IMG/VR virus record: IMGVR_UViG_3300037722_000249
Coordinates: 1-47,068 of that record
Length of the DNA: 47,068 nt
Origin: a virus
Lineage: Duplodnaviria; Caudoviricetes
Direction: 5' to 3' (one strand)
Under the pieces are notes generated by a model that saw only the letters and a program-made list of their open reading frames with translations, was not told where the DNA came from and made no database searches. Of the stretch, positions 1-9,152 are shown one piece after another. How positions within the stretch are numbered: position 1 is the first letter of the stretch; every line of letters starts with the position of its first letter. The translations under genes and the position numbers were made by a program.

Positions 1-127
1 CCCCTCCGGTATCGGCCCCAGCCGCTCCGACAGCACCAATCGTTACGGTTTCTGTCGCCCCTAAAGCAGCGGACGCCTCCAAGACTTGAGAGAACCCACC
101 AGCACCCCCCCCACCACCACCACCGAA
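1..127. repeat. Terminal overlap identical to 46942-47068 (circular contig)
   Basis: First 127 nt match the last 127 nt; a reading frame runs through the junction; 127 is a common assembler k-mer size. Confidence 0.97.
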
Positions 128-685
128 TCCATTAGCCCCGTCAGAGTCCGCCCCACCACCGCCCCCACCAGGGGCCTGTACTTGAATGAGGGCTCTTACA
201 AGCCCGGCAGGCTTGGTCCAGGTATCCGTAGACGTGTAGACCTGAATGCTCCCGAGGATCCCAAAGCCCTTGGCCTTCTGGAATGAAACACAACGCCAGT
301 TGCCCGATCCCTCGGAGATGAACCAGCCAATATCTCCGTTTGCGGTAGTGATGTTGACCCCACCCGGGAGAATGAGCGACGTGGAGTTGTGGGTTAAAGT
401 AAGCGCCCCCTCGAACTTGACGATCTTGTGAATGCCAACAGAGACCGTTCCGAACGATTCGATATCCGTCGTCCCGGTGATGTCGTGCATGAGCCCGGCA
501 ACAACGCCAAGGTCCATGTTTTGCGCGGAGGCGATGTCAGCGCCCTTGTGGGCTAAGCCCGCACGGATGGACGCCTGGATTCCACGCAGGTAATCGTCCA
601 GGGAGCTGCCGACAGTCTCCGCCCCGGTGGGCGAGTTATTCGCCGCCGTGATGGACAAATCGGTAAGGATGGTGGGTACAGCCAT
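1..685 (-). CDS. Glycine-rich tail fibre protein, 5' part (continues across the junction to 46553; about 357 aa in total)
   Basis: ATG at 685 after a purine-rich RBS; reads MAVPTILTDLSITAANNSPTGAE...LDDYLRGIQA...WTKPAG...GGGGGGA, in frame with ORF 46553..47023. Confidence 0.8.
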   Translation of the reverse strand, partial: MAVPTILTDLSITAANNSPTGAETVGSSLDDYLRGIQASIRAGLAHKGADIASAQNMDLGVVAGLMHDITGTTDIESFGTVSVGIHKIVKFEGALTLTHNSTSLILPGGVNITTANGDIGWFISEGSGNWRCVSFQKAKGFGILGSIQVYTSTDTWTKPAGLVRALIQVQAPGGGGGGADSDGANGFGGGGGGGAGGFSQVLEASAALGATETVTIGAVGAAGADTGG

Positions 686-725
686 GAGGGTTTTCCCCTT
701 CTTCTTGTTGTGCTAGGCTAACTAA

Positions 726-935
726 ATGAGCCTGAAGGACATCCTTTCAGACTTCTCTTGGGAGACCCTAGTTAACCTCCCGCCGAGCGACTTGCTCGCT
801 CTATTGGTTCTTACTCTTGTGGCCTTGTTCCTAGTTCTTGTTCTATTGGGTGCCCTGGCTTTGACCTTCAGCGGTTTTCTTCGGGAGCGCCCATCATCAT
901 CCCGAGAGGAACACCCCCGAGCTGCCCAGCGGTAG
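726..935 (+). CDS. Small single-pass membrane protein, counter-oriented (moron-like)
   Basis: Long hydrophobic stretch LLALLVLTLVALFLVLVLLGALALTF; extended -10 TGcTAGGCT at 711-719, 6 nt before the ATG. Confidence 0.5.
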   Translation: MSLKDILSDFSWETLVNLPPSDLLALLVLTLVALFLVLVLLGALALTFSGFLRERPSSSREEHPRAAQR

Positions 936-2076
936 CTGGTATCTGTTCTGCGCCCTGATATAAACCACGCGCAACAAGAGACTTTGCAATCGGGCTGCGG
1001 TCCCACATCCAGAACGGCATCATCCAAGGTTGAGCCAACCACCCAAGACCTAATGGGTTCTTGTTGGCATCCATAAGCACACGCCTCTGAGCCACCTTTG
1101 CCGCGTTGATTAACTCTGCTTCCCTAGCAAGCGGTTTCTCTATCGCCGGGACAGCACTACCGATTTCTTTCCTGAGTCCGCGCACTAAAGCCTTCTGGGC
1201 CTCGCGCTCTGCTTCCGGTTTCAGCCCCATACCATAGGCTTTGTCCCCAAGCGCTCTATAGCTCCCTTGCTTGAGGGCTTGGGCTGTCTGTACCGGGAAC
1301 TCGATCTTGCCTTTCAAGAGCGGATGATTGGCAAAGTTCTCCCACGCCTTTCTGATGGTTGCAAGGTCCGATTGTGGATTGACTTGATTCTTGAACTTCT
1401 CCACTACCTCACGCAATTCCTGTCCGACCTTGGCCTTGTTAACCATCGCCTTCGATCCGGCAATTTCCTTGGCGACATCATCGCCTAATTGGTCAATCAG
1501 TTTTTGCATCTTCTCGACACCACCCTTGGAAACGTTGACATTTTCCTTAAGCATGGTCTCGATTGCCTTAACCGCCTTTCCGGTTCGGTGCTGCTCCATG
1601 GTCGGTTTCAAAGCGCTCTGCATGAGCGTCCTGGCACCAGTCTTCATGGCGGGAGCACCGGCACTCTTAGACGCCTGTCCGAGCAATAGCGACGGGAGAT
1701 ACTGAATCCCTACGTTAGTCGCAAAGCCAAGTTTTGCTGCTGTCTCAGGCTCGACATTTCCTGCCGCGAGGTCAGTGACAGCACCGCCAGCTTTATAAGC
1801 CACTCCCTTAACCGCTTCGTCGGTTTGCTTAGCACCTTCGCCAAAAATGCTCATCAATGGGTTCCCTGAGAATAGCCCCCTGGCAGCAGCTAGCCCAAGT
1901 CTCATCATTGGATCAGGTGGCGGCGCTTGCACGCCTTTCTCTGGAGTTGACGCCTTGAATTGCTCCCAAGGTCCGCTATTGGATTCAGCGGGTTTGTATT
2001 TCTCCCAAGGACCGGCCATTACTTCTTCCTCCGCCAGTTCATCCTGTTGCTGGGGTCGCCACCGATGAATTCCCAC
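868..2076 (-). CDS. Putative DNA ejection / internal virion protein
   Basis: GPWEKY/GPWEQF N-terminal motifs, Ala/Gly/Lys-rich, last of three genes after the nozzle; likely start at MAGPWEKY (2019), overlapping the upstream stop. Confidence 0.6.
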   Translation of the reverse strand: MGIHRWRPQQQDELAEEEVMAGPWEKYKPAESNSGPWEQFKASTPEKGVQAPPPDPMMRLGLAAARGLFSGNPLMSIFGEGAKQTDEAVKGVAYKAGGAVTDLAAGNVEPETAAKLGFATNVGIQYLPSLLLGQASKSAGAPAMKTGARTLMQSALKPTMEQHRTGKAVKAIETMLKENVNVSKGGVEKMQKLIDQLGDDVAKEIAGSKAMVNKAKVGQELREVVEKFKNQVNPQSDLATIRKAWENFANHPLLKGKIEFPVQTAQALKQGSYRALGDKAYGMGLKPEAEREAQKALVRGLRKEIGSAVPAIEKPLAREAELINAAKVAQRRVLMDANKNPLGLGWLAQPWMMPFWMWDRSPIAKSLVARGLYQGAEQIPATAGQLGGVPLGMMMGAPEENR

Positions 2077-3191
2077 CCATCAACAACATCTCCATTCTTA
2101 GGTTTTACTGGCGCAGTTTGCTGTGGTGCCACCGACCGTGGAGGCATCTCCAGCCTCTTCTTGGGAGACTGCGTAAGCTCGAAGTATCGGTCCAACTCCC
2201 CGGAATCTACGCGATCGTTCCACTTCTCCACTGCCCTGGATGCAATGTCGCGACGCAGCTTGGACATGCGGATGAGGGTTTCTTTGTTCAACGGCGTAGT
2301 ACCCGTCATCACGTTGCGCAAAAACTCTCGCTCAGCAGGAGTGTCCAGGCCACGAGCGCCGATGCCCAATGCTTTAATCATCGGGAACACGTCAGAGCCG
2401 AGCAGGGCATCAAGCAACTCTGTGTCGCTCACCTTTTTGCCGCTTGCCTCGTCCTTCATAACTAACTGCTTCGCCCTCTCTAACGAGAGCAGAAGCTCAG
2501 AACCCATGCCGGTAATGGCTTCTGATGTCTGAAGGTGATTCAGCACCATATCCAGCTTGGCTACGTTGTCGATAGCCGCAGTTGCAGACTCGTGCTGTCC
2601 AATGTCCCTTTCCGCGCTCTTGGTCCCGACTACCTCAGCGTATTTGTTGCCGGCGAGGTTGACGGGAACCTTGACCTGAGTTGCTCCAGACTTGGCTAAC
2701 TCACGAGCGTAGTCCTGATACGGGACATTCGCTTGCGGTCCCTGTGGCCCCATATTGAACGGCTTGTTGGGGTCCTGAAGTACCTGACCTGGCTGAACTC
2801 TGAATGGATCAAAGATCTGCCCGGCAGGCCCGACAGACATCGGCCTCGCAGGAACCAGGTCGGCCGGGTTCTGGGTCTGAGTGAACCTGGCTACCGATTC
2901 TTGCGTGTAGTCCTTTGGGTTGATCTTGGAGAATGGGTTTTCAGGCTGCGGCGGCTGTTGCATCTTCTGTATCTGGGCTTGCATGAACTGCTGCTGTAGG
3001 TTGCCAAGCTGGGTGTCTTGATACGTCTGCAGGCCCTGTTGCCCAGCCTGGCCAAAGATATTCCCCACAGATTGGGGCAGGCGCGACGGTCCGCTACCTG
3101 CCATCATCCCAAGACCAGTCTGCAGCAAGGCCGCATTAGTCGGGTCCAAAATCCCGTTTGGCATACCGCTAAGGATTCCGTTCATAGCCAT
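2019..3191 (-). CDS. Putative DNA ejection protein
   Basis: Gln/Gly-rich N-terminus, C-terminal GDVVDGWEFIGGDP..NW motif, podovirus synteny. Confidence 0.6.
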   Translation of the reverse strand: MAMNGILSGMPNGILDPTNAALLQTGLGMMAGSGPSRLPQSVGNIFGQAGQQGLQTYQDTQLGNLQQQFMQAQIQKMQQPPQPENPFSKINPKDYTQESVARFTQTQNPADLVPARPMSVGPAGQIFDPFRVQPGQVLQDPNKPFNMGPQGPQANVPYQDYARELAKSGATQVKVPVNLAGNKYAEVVGTKSAERDIGQHESATAAIDNVAKLDMVLNHLQTSEAITGMGSELLLSLERAKQLVMKDEASGKKVSDTELLDALLGSDVFPMIKALGIGARGLDTPAEREFLRNVMTGTTPLNKETLIRMSKLRRDIASRAVEKWNDRVDSGELDRYFELTQSPKKRLEMPPRSVAPQQTAPVKPKNGDVVDGWEFIGGDPSNRMNWRRKK

Positions 3192-3895
3192 CCACCAAGG
3201 TTCATGCCCGGAGTCATTCCAGTCCCCATCCCGAACGGAGCGCCGCCACCAGCACCACCGCCACCGAACATTCTTCCCATGCTCGCGCCGGTCAATGCGC
3301 CGCCGAGCACTCCCCCAGTGGGGTTGTTAAAGTATGGCTGAGTTTGCTGCGAGCCCCACCCCTTCAAGAGATTCGAGTATTGATTAAAGGGAGCGAAGGC
3401 CGAACCAGTTCCGCTAGTAGCGAAGTCAGGCCCGGCCGCCGTTGCGCCGAACTGGCGATTGCGCTCCTGGTTGTAGTTGTTCCCGTAGAGGTTGGTGGCA
3501 AAGTTACCCAGCGAACGACCCAGCGCCTGGTTGGCGCCCGAGTTACCCCCAAACGCTTGCATATGGCCGAAGCTGGGAGACATCGCTCCCCGGATCTCAT
3601 TCGCTCCCTGCTGGAAGGTCTCTTGTAAGAAAGGATTAGACCTCGGGTCGAGATACTGACCCTGAATGGTCTTCATCATCTCGTCCTGAGAAGCCCCCAC
3701 AACAGGACTCTGCCCCTGACCGGCCTGCTGGTTGAACATAGGCTGAGCCTGCCCCAGCATTCCGGTTACATACGGTTTTAACCAAGCAGGGATATCATTG
3801 ATGGTCGTGGTTGTTCCTGCCTGCTTGGAGCCTCCCATACCACCCAAAAGCCCGCCAGCCAAGCCCCCCAGCGCCATCATCGTCATCGGTTCCAT
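3182..3895 (-). CDS. Putative ejection/pilot protein
   Basis: Gly-rich hydrophobic termini (ALGGLAGGLLGG), Gln/Asn-rich core, position after tail genes. Confidence 0.6.
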   Translation of the reverse strand: MEPMTMMALGGLAGGLLGGMGGSKQAGTTTTINDIPAWLKPYVTGMLGQAQPMFNQQAGQGQSPVVGASQDEMMKTIQGQYLDPRSNPFLQETFQQGANEIRGAMSPSFGHMQAFGGNSGANQALGRSLGNFATNLYGNNYNQERNRQFGATAAGPDFATSGTGSAFAPFNQYSNLLKGWGSQQTQPYFNNPTGGVLGGALTGASMGRMFGGGGAGGGAPFGMGTGMTPGMNLGGWL

Positions 3896-3918
3896 ACTCG
3901 GTCCTTTCAGGACTCTTA

Positions 3919-4215
3919 TTAGTTACCTGTCAACCAACGCGCTTCTACAAACTGCCCACCAGAACTGGTGCAAATCCACCCGCCGACAACATACTTACCA
4001 CCCGTTGTCCCAAGCTCTGCAGGTTCAGAGTTGATGACGAAATCGCCCTTGGCAAATCCCGTCCCGGTTGGGGTTGCGCTCCTGGAGGTATAGCGAGCTG
4101 TGATCTTTCCCTCGGATAACGCATTGATCTGTTCTTCCAACTGTCTGAACAGCTCCTCCATCCTCTCGGCGTTGTAATTCCTCGGGACTTTCCACGTAAC
4201 CCCAACCTTACTCAC
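3919..4215 (-). CDS. Small virion-associated hypothetical protein
   Basis: GTG at 4215 overlaps the nozzle stop; PTGTGFAKGDFVINSEP..GWIC resembles tail-fibre domains. Confidence 0.55.
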   Translation of the reverse strand: MSKVGVTWKVPRNYNAERMEELFRQLEEQINALSEGKITARYTSRSATPTGTGFAKGDFVINSEPAELGTTGGKYVVGGWICTSSGGQFVEARWLTGN

Positions 4216-5692
4216 TGCCCTGTCTTTCCATATCCAGAACCATCCCAGGAGCCTCCCAAGCCCCAGAGAGTTCAAACGTCATGCGGTGCCACCGTGCTTC
4301 CCTTCTCACATCGAACCTGTTACTCGACATAGCCGTAGTAACGTCGGTCGTTAAATCTTCTCCGAGGTCATCCCTGTAGAAGTTCTGCATGGTCGCGGAA
4401 TCCGGCTTGGTGAAGAACCGGAATTTAGCTCTGGAGAAGTAGACGAAATTCGCATCGTCCCCATAGTCGCCAGTGGTAAAACTCGAGGTCTCAGGCGTTC
4501 CGTCCAAGGTCTGCAGAGCATGCGAGGTATTGAACACCGCTATCCTCGGGAAGCTGTCCAGAAGAAACGCGGTGTCATAGGAGAACTCCGGGAAATCAGC
4601 ATAGGTCGTATAAAGACTCCCGAGGTCGTCATACGCCGTCCCGGCGGTTATATAGTCAAGCACCGCCTCTATGGTCCTGTCGTCTCTCCCCCAGGTATTG
4701 GCCCTGTAGTTATATACGACGCACTTCTCCGGATTCACCGTATCCGACACCGGGTAGTAGAAGTAGATCAGCCCGTTGATGCGATCATGCAGAGAAGTGC
4801 ACTGTTCGGCCCTCTTTTTGTTCAGCTCGGAGAAGACCGAAATCTTGATCTTGTTCAACCCTAACGGAACTGGTCTGGATCCATCAAAGCTATAGAAGTC
4901 GTCGAACCCCATGAAAATATGACGTGGGTTATCAGGGGTTCCAACATCGACAATCGACTCGTGAGACGCAGCTCCTATGTTTCCAGGTAGTTCTCTGAAG
5001 TCCCAGGCTTGCGCACCCCCTTGATAAATCCCCTCGTAGACAGCCTTAGCTTTGTAGACCACCACCCTCTCGCCAAATCTCTTGATACCGACGATCTTCC
5101 CAGGGGTGCTGGTGAGTCTTATCGTCCCGCACTCGTTATCTATATCCGGGGTCCAGTCTGTGTGATCTCCCTTAGCACACCACCAAACCCTATCAGGGGA
5201 GTCTGCGGAATCCTCCAACCCACCTTGGTCAGACACATCCCCAGCAATTACAAACTGACCTACAGTCTCGATTACCCCGAACATCGGGATACTGGCCCCG
5301 ACGTTAGCAAATGCTCCAGTGGTAGAAGACTGGAGAATGTCGGATTTAGCAGCCGCCAGGGTCACATCCCCGAACTGAGCGAACCTCCATCTCGAATCCA
5401 CCGAAAGGCCGTAATCCCCACCTGATGCCCTCGTGCGGTCGGTCCACGTAGTACCGGAAGCGTTCTCGTAAATCTTCGTGATCGTGCCGGCAAATATCCG
5501 GTGGGACTTATCAAGCTTCTCGATAGCAACCGCACCCTTACAAGCGGCCGCCAGAGCATCCAACCCCGAAGCCTTCGGAGATGGAGCTGCCCTGAATCCA
5601 CGCAGGGTAGGGATGACCGCAGAACATGACGTGAAGACCCCCGGTTTAGTCGGATCTTCATCGGGCAATAGACCTAGGAACCCAACGTCCAT
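4208..5692 (-). CDS. Tail nozzle / head-stabilization (tail tubular B-like) protein
   Basis: About 494 aa, beta-propeller-like (WRFAQFGD, YNYRANTW), follows the adaptor; ATG at 5692 in a TAATG overlap. Confidence 0.7.
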   Translation of the reverse strand: MDVGFLGLLPDEDPTKPGVFTSCSAVIPTLRGFRAAPSPKASGLDALAAACKGAVAIEKLDKSHRIFAGTITKIYENASGTTWTDRTRASGGDYGLSVDSRWRFAQFGDVTLAAAKSDILQSSTTGAFANVGASIPMFGVIETVGQFVIAGDVSDQGGLEDSADSPDRVWWCAKGDHTDWTPDIDNECGTIRLTSTPGKIVGIKRFGERVVVYKAKAVYEGIYQGGAQAWDFRELPGNIGAASHESIVDVGTPDNPRHIFMGFDDFYSFDGSRPVPLGLNKIKISVFSELNKKRAEQCTSLHDRINGLIYFYYPVSDTVNPEKCVVYNYRANTWGRDDRTIEAVLDYITAGTAYDDLGSLYTTYADFPEFSYDTAFLLDSFPRIAVFNTSHALQTLDGTPETSSFTTGDYGDDANFVYFSRAKFRFFTKPDSATMQNFYRDDLGEDLTTDVTTAMSSNRFDVRREARWHRMTFELSGAWEAPGMVLDMERQGSE

Positions 5693-5850
5693 TACGCATC
5701 CGTCCAAGTAGTGGAGGCAGCAGCCTCATCGGTCCAAGGTCCCGAGGGTTCATGGCCGATGACGTAGTCGTCCTCCACGTAGTCAACCAGTACATAGCCC
5801 TTCCCCTCAGCCCATGAGGTCGAGGCAGCATTTACATCTACCCAGGTCAT
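5692..5850 (-). CDS. 52-aa acidic hypothetical protein (below the ORF track cutoff)
   Basis: MTWVDVNAASTSWAEGKGYVLVDYVEDDYVIG...TWTDA; coupled by ATGA upstream and TAATG downstream. Confidence 0.65.
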   Translation of the reverse strand: MTWVDVNAASTSWAEGKGYVLVDYVEDDYVIGHEPSGPWTDEAAASTTWTDA

Positions 5851-6461
5851 ACCGGGGTGATATCGGCCCTGATCGCAAGGGAATTACCGCTCCATCTGTC
5901 TCCCTTGTCTGCCTTCTCGATATCGTTTAGCGAAGTCTCGAACCGCCTCTCCCACACACCGATTCTCTTGTCGTTCTTCAGGAAAGGCTCGGCTTGCAAA
6001 AGGCTCCCATAGAGATACGCACTTGGAGCGTTCGTCAGCAGCCAGTTCGTGAGATCCGTGGCGATATCCCACTTCTTGTAGTAGTCCATCTCAGCCGTGT
6101 AGGAACCATCCGGAGCGGGCGCTAGTTGAATCTCTCCACCGATGAAGGAATAGAGCTTCGGTTGACCAGTGGTTGAGCCCGCCCAGAACGTGTCGATATA
6201 TTCCGGAGTGACTAACCGCAGCGTCTGCTTGGGGTTGGTGTTCAACTGGAAATTGCGCATCTCCAGGAACCCCGTCGGCAGGACAACGTACTCCGTGCTC
6301 ACCGTAGCCGTAGCCCTTTGCTCCATAGCTCGGATACGAAGACGTTTGTTTATCGTGTCCTCCGCAAGAGTAATGAACTCAGGAATCCGACTGGAAAGAT
6401 CAGCGCGAGCTAGCCAGTTCGTGCAAGCGGTTTGTAGCTCCGCATACGTCGAGATCGCCAT
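5847..6461 (-). CDS. Head-tail adaptor (tail tubular A-like)
   Basis: MAISTYAELQTA..WLARADL..IPEFITLAE; TNWLLTNAP.AYLYGSL, typical of this adaptor family. Confidence 0.8.
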   Translation of the reverse strand: MAISTYAELQTACTNWLARADLSSRIPEFITLAEDTINKRLRIRAMEQRATATVSTEYVVLPTGFLEMRNFQLNTNPKQTLRLVTPEYIDTFWAGSTTGQPKLYSFIGGEIQLAPAPDGSYTAEMDYYKKWDIATDLTNWLLTNAPSAYLYGSLLQAEPFLKNDKRIGVWERRFETSLNDIEKADKGDRWSGNSLAIRADITPV

Positions 6462-7836
6462 ACCTTAGCCTTAGCTTTGTTGTTAGTTCTTCTAGAGGCC
6501 ACGTTCCATCCTTGGCCTGGCGAAACATCTTTACCGATCGATACCACGGCAAATCGTCGCCCTTCACACCGTAGAAAAATCGTGGTTTGTTAGGAGCGAT
6601 GCACCAGCATTCCTTGCCCAAAGCACCTGACAGGTGAACAACCGCAGTCGTTACCGATACAACAAGATCCAGCTCAGCCACCAGGCCGGCGGCATCGTCG
6701 TAGTCCTGTGCTCTTGTGGCCCTTGGATAATCGAGGATCTTGATGCCATGCTCCAGTTCAAGCTCCTCTATTTCTTCTGACTTGTCCTTGTATTCCAGGC
6801 TCACCCATGTTGCGTCGATCGACTTGAACAACGGTAGAAACGCCTCCAGCGGAAGGCTTCGCTTGTTGCTACCTGTGATCTTTAACCCGCCACTCCAGGC
6901 AATTCCTATTACCGGCTTCTTGAAGGTATCGAACAAAGCCCTCCACTGAAGCCTTCTCTCCGGATCGGCCTTTAGAAAAGGCGTCCCAGGAAAGTCCTCA
7001 TCTTTCTCCCTGAACATGGCGGGGAGACAATCAGAGGCGATGGAGTAATCAATTTGGTGGTCCCACTCCCTCTCATTTACGAATCTGGTTCCGTAGACCC
7101 TTGCTTCCGGGAAGGACCTTTTAAACAACCCCGCCAGCCGAGCATCGCAATCTATGATGATGTCGGCTTTCCTAGAGGCATCTGGGATGCAGGAGGCAAA
7201 CGCTATTTCGTCTCCTATACCCTGGTTCCCATACACGACTACAGAGCCAGACTCCCCATTCCACATCGGCTCCTCAGGGTCGTTGTAGGTCCGGATCTCC
7301 CTCTGTTTAGTGGTCCCGACAGTCTCCCTGTATAGCTTCCAGCCCGACCAATCGCGCTTCATGAGAAGCGCCATAGCCCTAGTATCTTTGGAATCGAGAC
7401 TAGATTTTCCTATCTGGTCAACCTTCGCCAGCCACTTCAAAGCTTCTTCCGGATGACACCTGTTCACGCTTATAAGCGCCAGGTTTTCCAGTGCCTGGTA
7501 GTAATTGGGGTTCTTCTTTAGCGCCTCCTTGAAACAATCCTCTGCAGCATCAAGATCCCACGTCTCCTGATGGCACATGCCCATGTTGTTCCACAGCTCA
7601 GGTTTAGATGGGTTTAGCTGCGCCGCCCTTCGGAAGATGTTGTACGCCAAGCCGAATCTTCGGGTCTTCATGAGGGCGTAGCCGATGTAGAACAACGCCT
7701 CCGCATTCAGGAAGTCGAGACTTAAAGCGTCTCCAGCTAGCTTGATACCCTCCTCGTATCGCCCCTCTTTTATTACCTCCCCGGCTAGCTTTACGTTCCT
7801 AAGTGAATCTTGTTTGTCGTTTTGAGATATTTCCAT
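6400..7836 (-). CDS. TPR-repeat glycosyltransferase (GT-B, GT9/heptosyltransferase-like C-terminus)
   Basis: N-terminal TPRs (AEALFYIG, PELWNNMG, YQALENLA); C-terminal GNQGIGDEI, IGIAWSG, LDLVVSVTTAVVHLSGALG, PWYRSV. Confidence 0.8.
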   Translation of the reverse strand: MEISQNDKQDSLRNVKLAGEVIKEGRYEEGIKLAGDALSLDFLNAEALFYIGYALMKTRRFGLAYNIFRRAAQLNPSKPELWNNMGMCHQETWDLDAAEDCFKEALKKNPNYYQALENLALISVNRCHPEEALKWLAKVDQIGKSSLDSKDTRAMALLMKRDWSGWKLYRETVGTTKQREIRTYNDPEEPMWNGESGSVVVYGNQGIGDEIAFASCIPDASRKADIIIDCDARLAGLFKRSFPEARVYGTRFVNEREWDHQIDYSIASDCLPAMFREKDEDFPGTPFLKADPERRLQWRALFDTFKKPVIGIAWSGGLKITGSNKRSLPLEAFLPLFKSIDATWVSLEYKDKSEEIEELELEHGIKILDYPRATRAQDYDDAAGLVAELDLVVSVTTAVVHLSGALGKECWCIAPNKPRFFYGVKGDDLPWYRSVKMFRQAKDGTWPLEELTTKLRLRYGDLDVCGATNRLHELASSR

Positions 7837-8135
7837 TCCGGACTATTTAGCAGTCTGAAAAGTAACTTCGAATTCCTGGGGTGCATCGGCCAGTCTTCAA
7901 TTCCGTATTCGGTAAGCCATCGCAACTGAATCACTATAGGAATAAAAGAGTAATGCCACAGCTCGTTCTTGATGCCGTTCTTCGTATAGTCGTCGTCGTT
8001 CCTGTGCTCCGCGTTCTGATCGAGGATTGGCTCTACGTCCTGAATGGTCTCTATGTGAGAGTCGCCAGTCAGGTTGTCGTAATGGAAGATCTCCGTCACC
8101 CCAGTTAAAGGGTCTCGGTCGAATAGTCTTTTCAA
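7791..8135 (-). CDS. Conserved hypothetical protein downstream of the capsid gene
   Basis: QDVEPILDQN, IP.VI..W, LNSPEW.YLKT motifs; TTG start at 8135 is inferred. Confidence 0.6.
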   Translation of the reverse strand: MKRLFDRDPLTGVTEIFHYDNLTGDSHIETIQDVEPILDQNAEHRNDDDYTKNGIKNELWHYSFIPIVIQLRWLTEYGIEDWPMHPRNSKLLFRLLNSPEWKYLKTTNKIHLGT

Positions 8136-8166
8136 AGGAACAAGGGAGGGGTTGTTGGCCCCTCCC
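8133..8166 (-). terminator. Possible intrinsic terminator after the major capsid gene
   Basis: GGGAGGG-CCAACAAC-CCCTCCC hairpin followed by TTGTTCCTTT on the - strand. Confidence 0.4.
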
Positions 8167-8174
8167 ACCCTTTA

Positions 8175-9152
8175 CTAGATGGTTCCGTCTACGCCGGCAA
8201 GCTTCCCGGAAGCCGCCTCGTTCCTAGAAACGAGAGTGAGTTCCGCCAGAAGATGCCACTTGTCGGAGTCGCCGGTTTTCGCCAGCTTTTCCTTCGTCAC
8301 ACCGCGAAGCTGTGCGACCGCCCAATAGTCCATGTCCAGAAGGTGAACCGTCCGGTCACGGCTAAAGCGGCTTGGCACAACCAAGTGTTCCCCGAAGTCC
8401 GAGACATACACGTCAGCGCCACCGATGATCCTGGTAGCCCTCGCGGTATTACCGGCCTCTTTGGTAACGTCCGCGATACCCACGAAGCCAGAAATGCGCT
8501 TCTTGGAGTTTGGACCGACAAGAACGAGCCTCGGGTCTCCGCCTGCCGTCCAGATCTCCGAGATAACGTTCTTGAGGTCGGTTTCTGAAAACGATCCCAA
8601 GTGCGTCTTCTCGGTGCCAGCCGTTACAAGCGTACCGTTCCAGCCCCCGGAGGTATAGGCCCCCGTACCTGAAGACTTGTTCGTGTGGTTCGTGGAAAGC
8701 CACGATTCCACCGATGCAAGTTTCCGGGCAGAAGCCGCGTCACCAATTTCCGTCCCTTGGTTCTGAGTCAAAGCGTATTCGATATCACGCTTCAGCTCTT
8801 TACCGCGCTTCATCAGTTGGTAGGCGATCTCCGAGTCCCTTCCGGCCTTGTCAACGGTTTCCTGAGTTCCAGAGACCTGGATGGTCTTCTTGAAAATCTG
8901 GGTTACGTTGGAAAGGCGGGTGGTCGGAACTGCGGTGTCTACCGCCGAGTCATCGCCCTCAATGTGGGCGTTGGCAGCAGCGGCGGCGAGAGCATCGGTC
9001 TGCCACTCATGCGTACGAGCTTTCGCCTTGACTCTCGGCGCACGGGAGACAAAAGGCGTCTCCATAGGCGAGATGTTGAAAATGGCGTCGGTCAGGTCTT
9101 CCCTGTTGCCGATAGCCTGGTAAGTCTGGAGAGTTCCAGAAGGTACAGTCAT
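8175..9152 (-). CDS. Major capsid protein (DUF5309/SU10-like)
   Basis: GNREDLTDAIFNISPMETPF, HEWQTDAL, TQIFKK..VSGT, ELKRDIE, LAKTGD motifs; follows the scaffold. Confidence 0.88.
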   Translation of the reverse strand: MTVPSGTLQTYQAIGNREDLTDAIFNISPMETPFVSRAPRVKAKARTHEWQTDALAAAAANAHIEGDDSAVDTAVPTTRLSNVTQIFKKTIQVSGTQETVDKAGRDSEIAYQLMKRGKELKRDIEYALTQNQGTEIGDAASARKLASVESWLSTNHTNKSSGTGAYTSGGWNGTLVTAGTEKTHLGSFSETDLKNVISEIWTAGGDPRLVLVGPNSKKRISGFVGIADVTKEAGNTARATRIIGGADVYVSDFGEHLVVPSRFSRDRTVHLLDMDYWAVAQLRGVTKEKLAKTGDSDKWHLLAELTLVSRNEAASGKLAGVDGTI

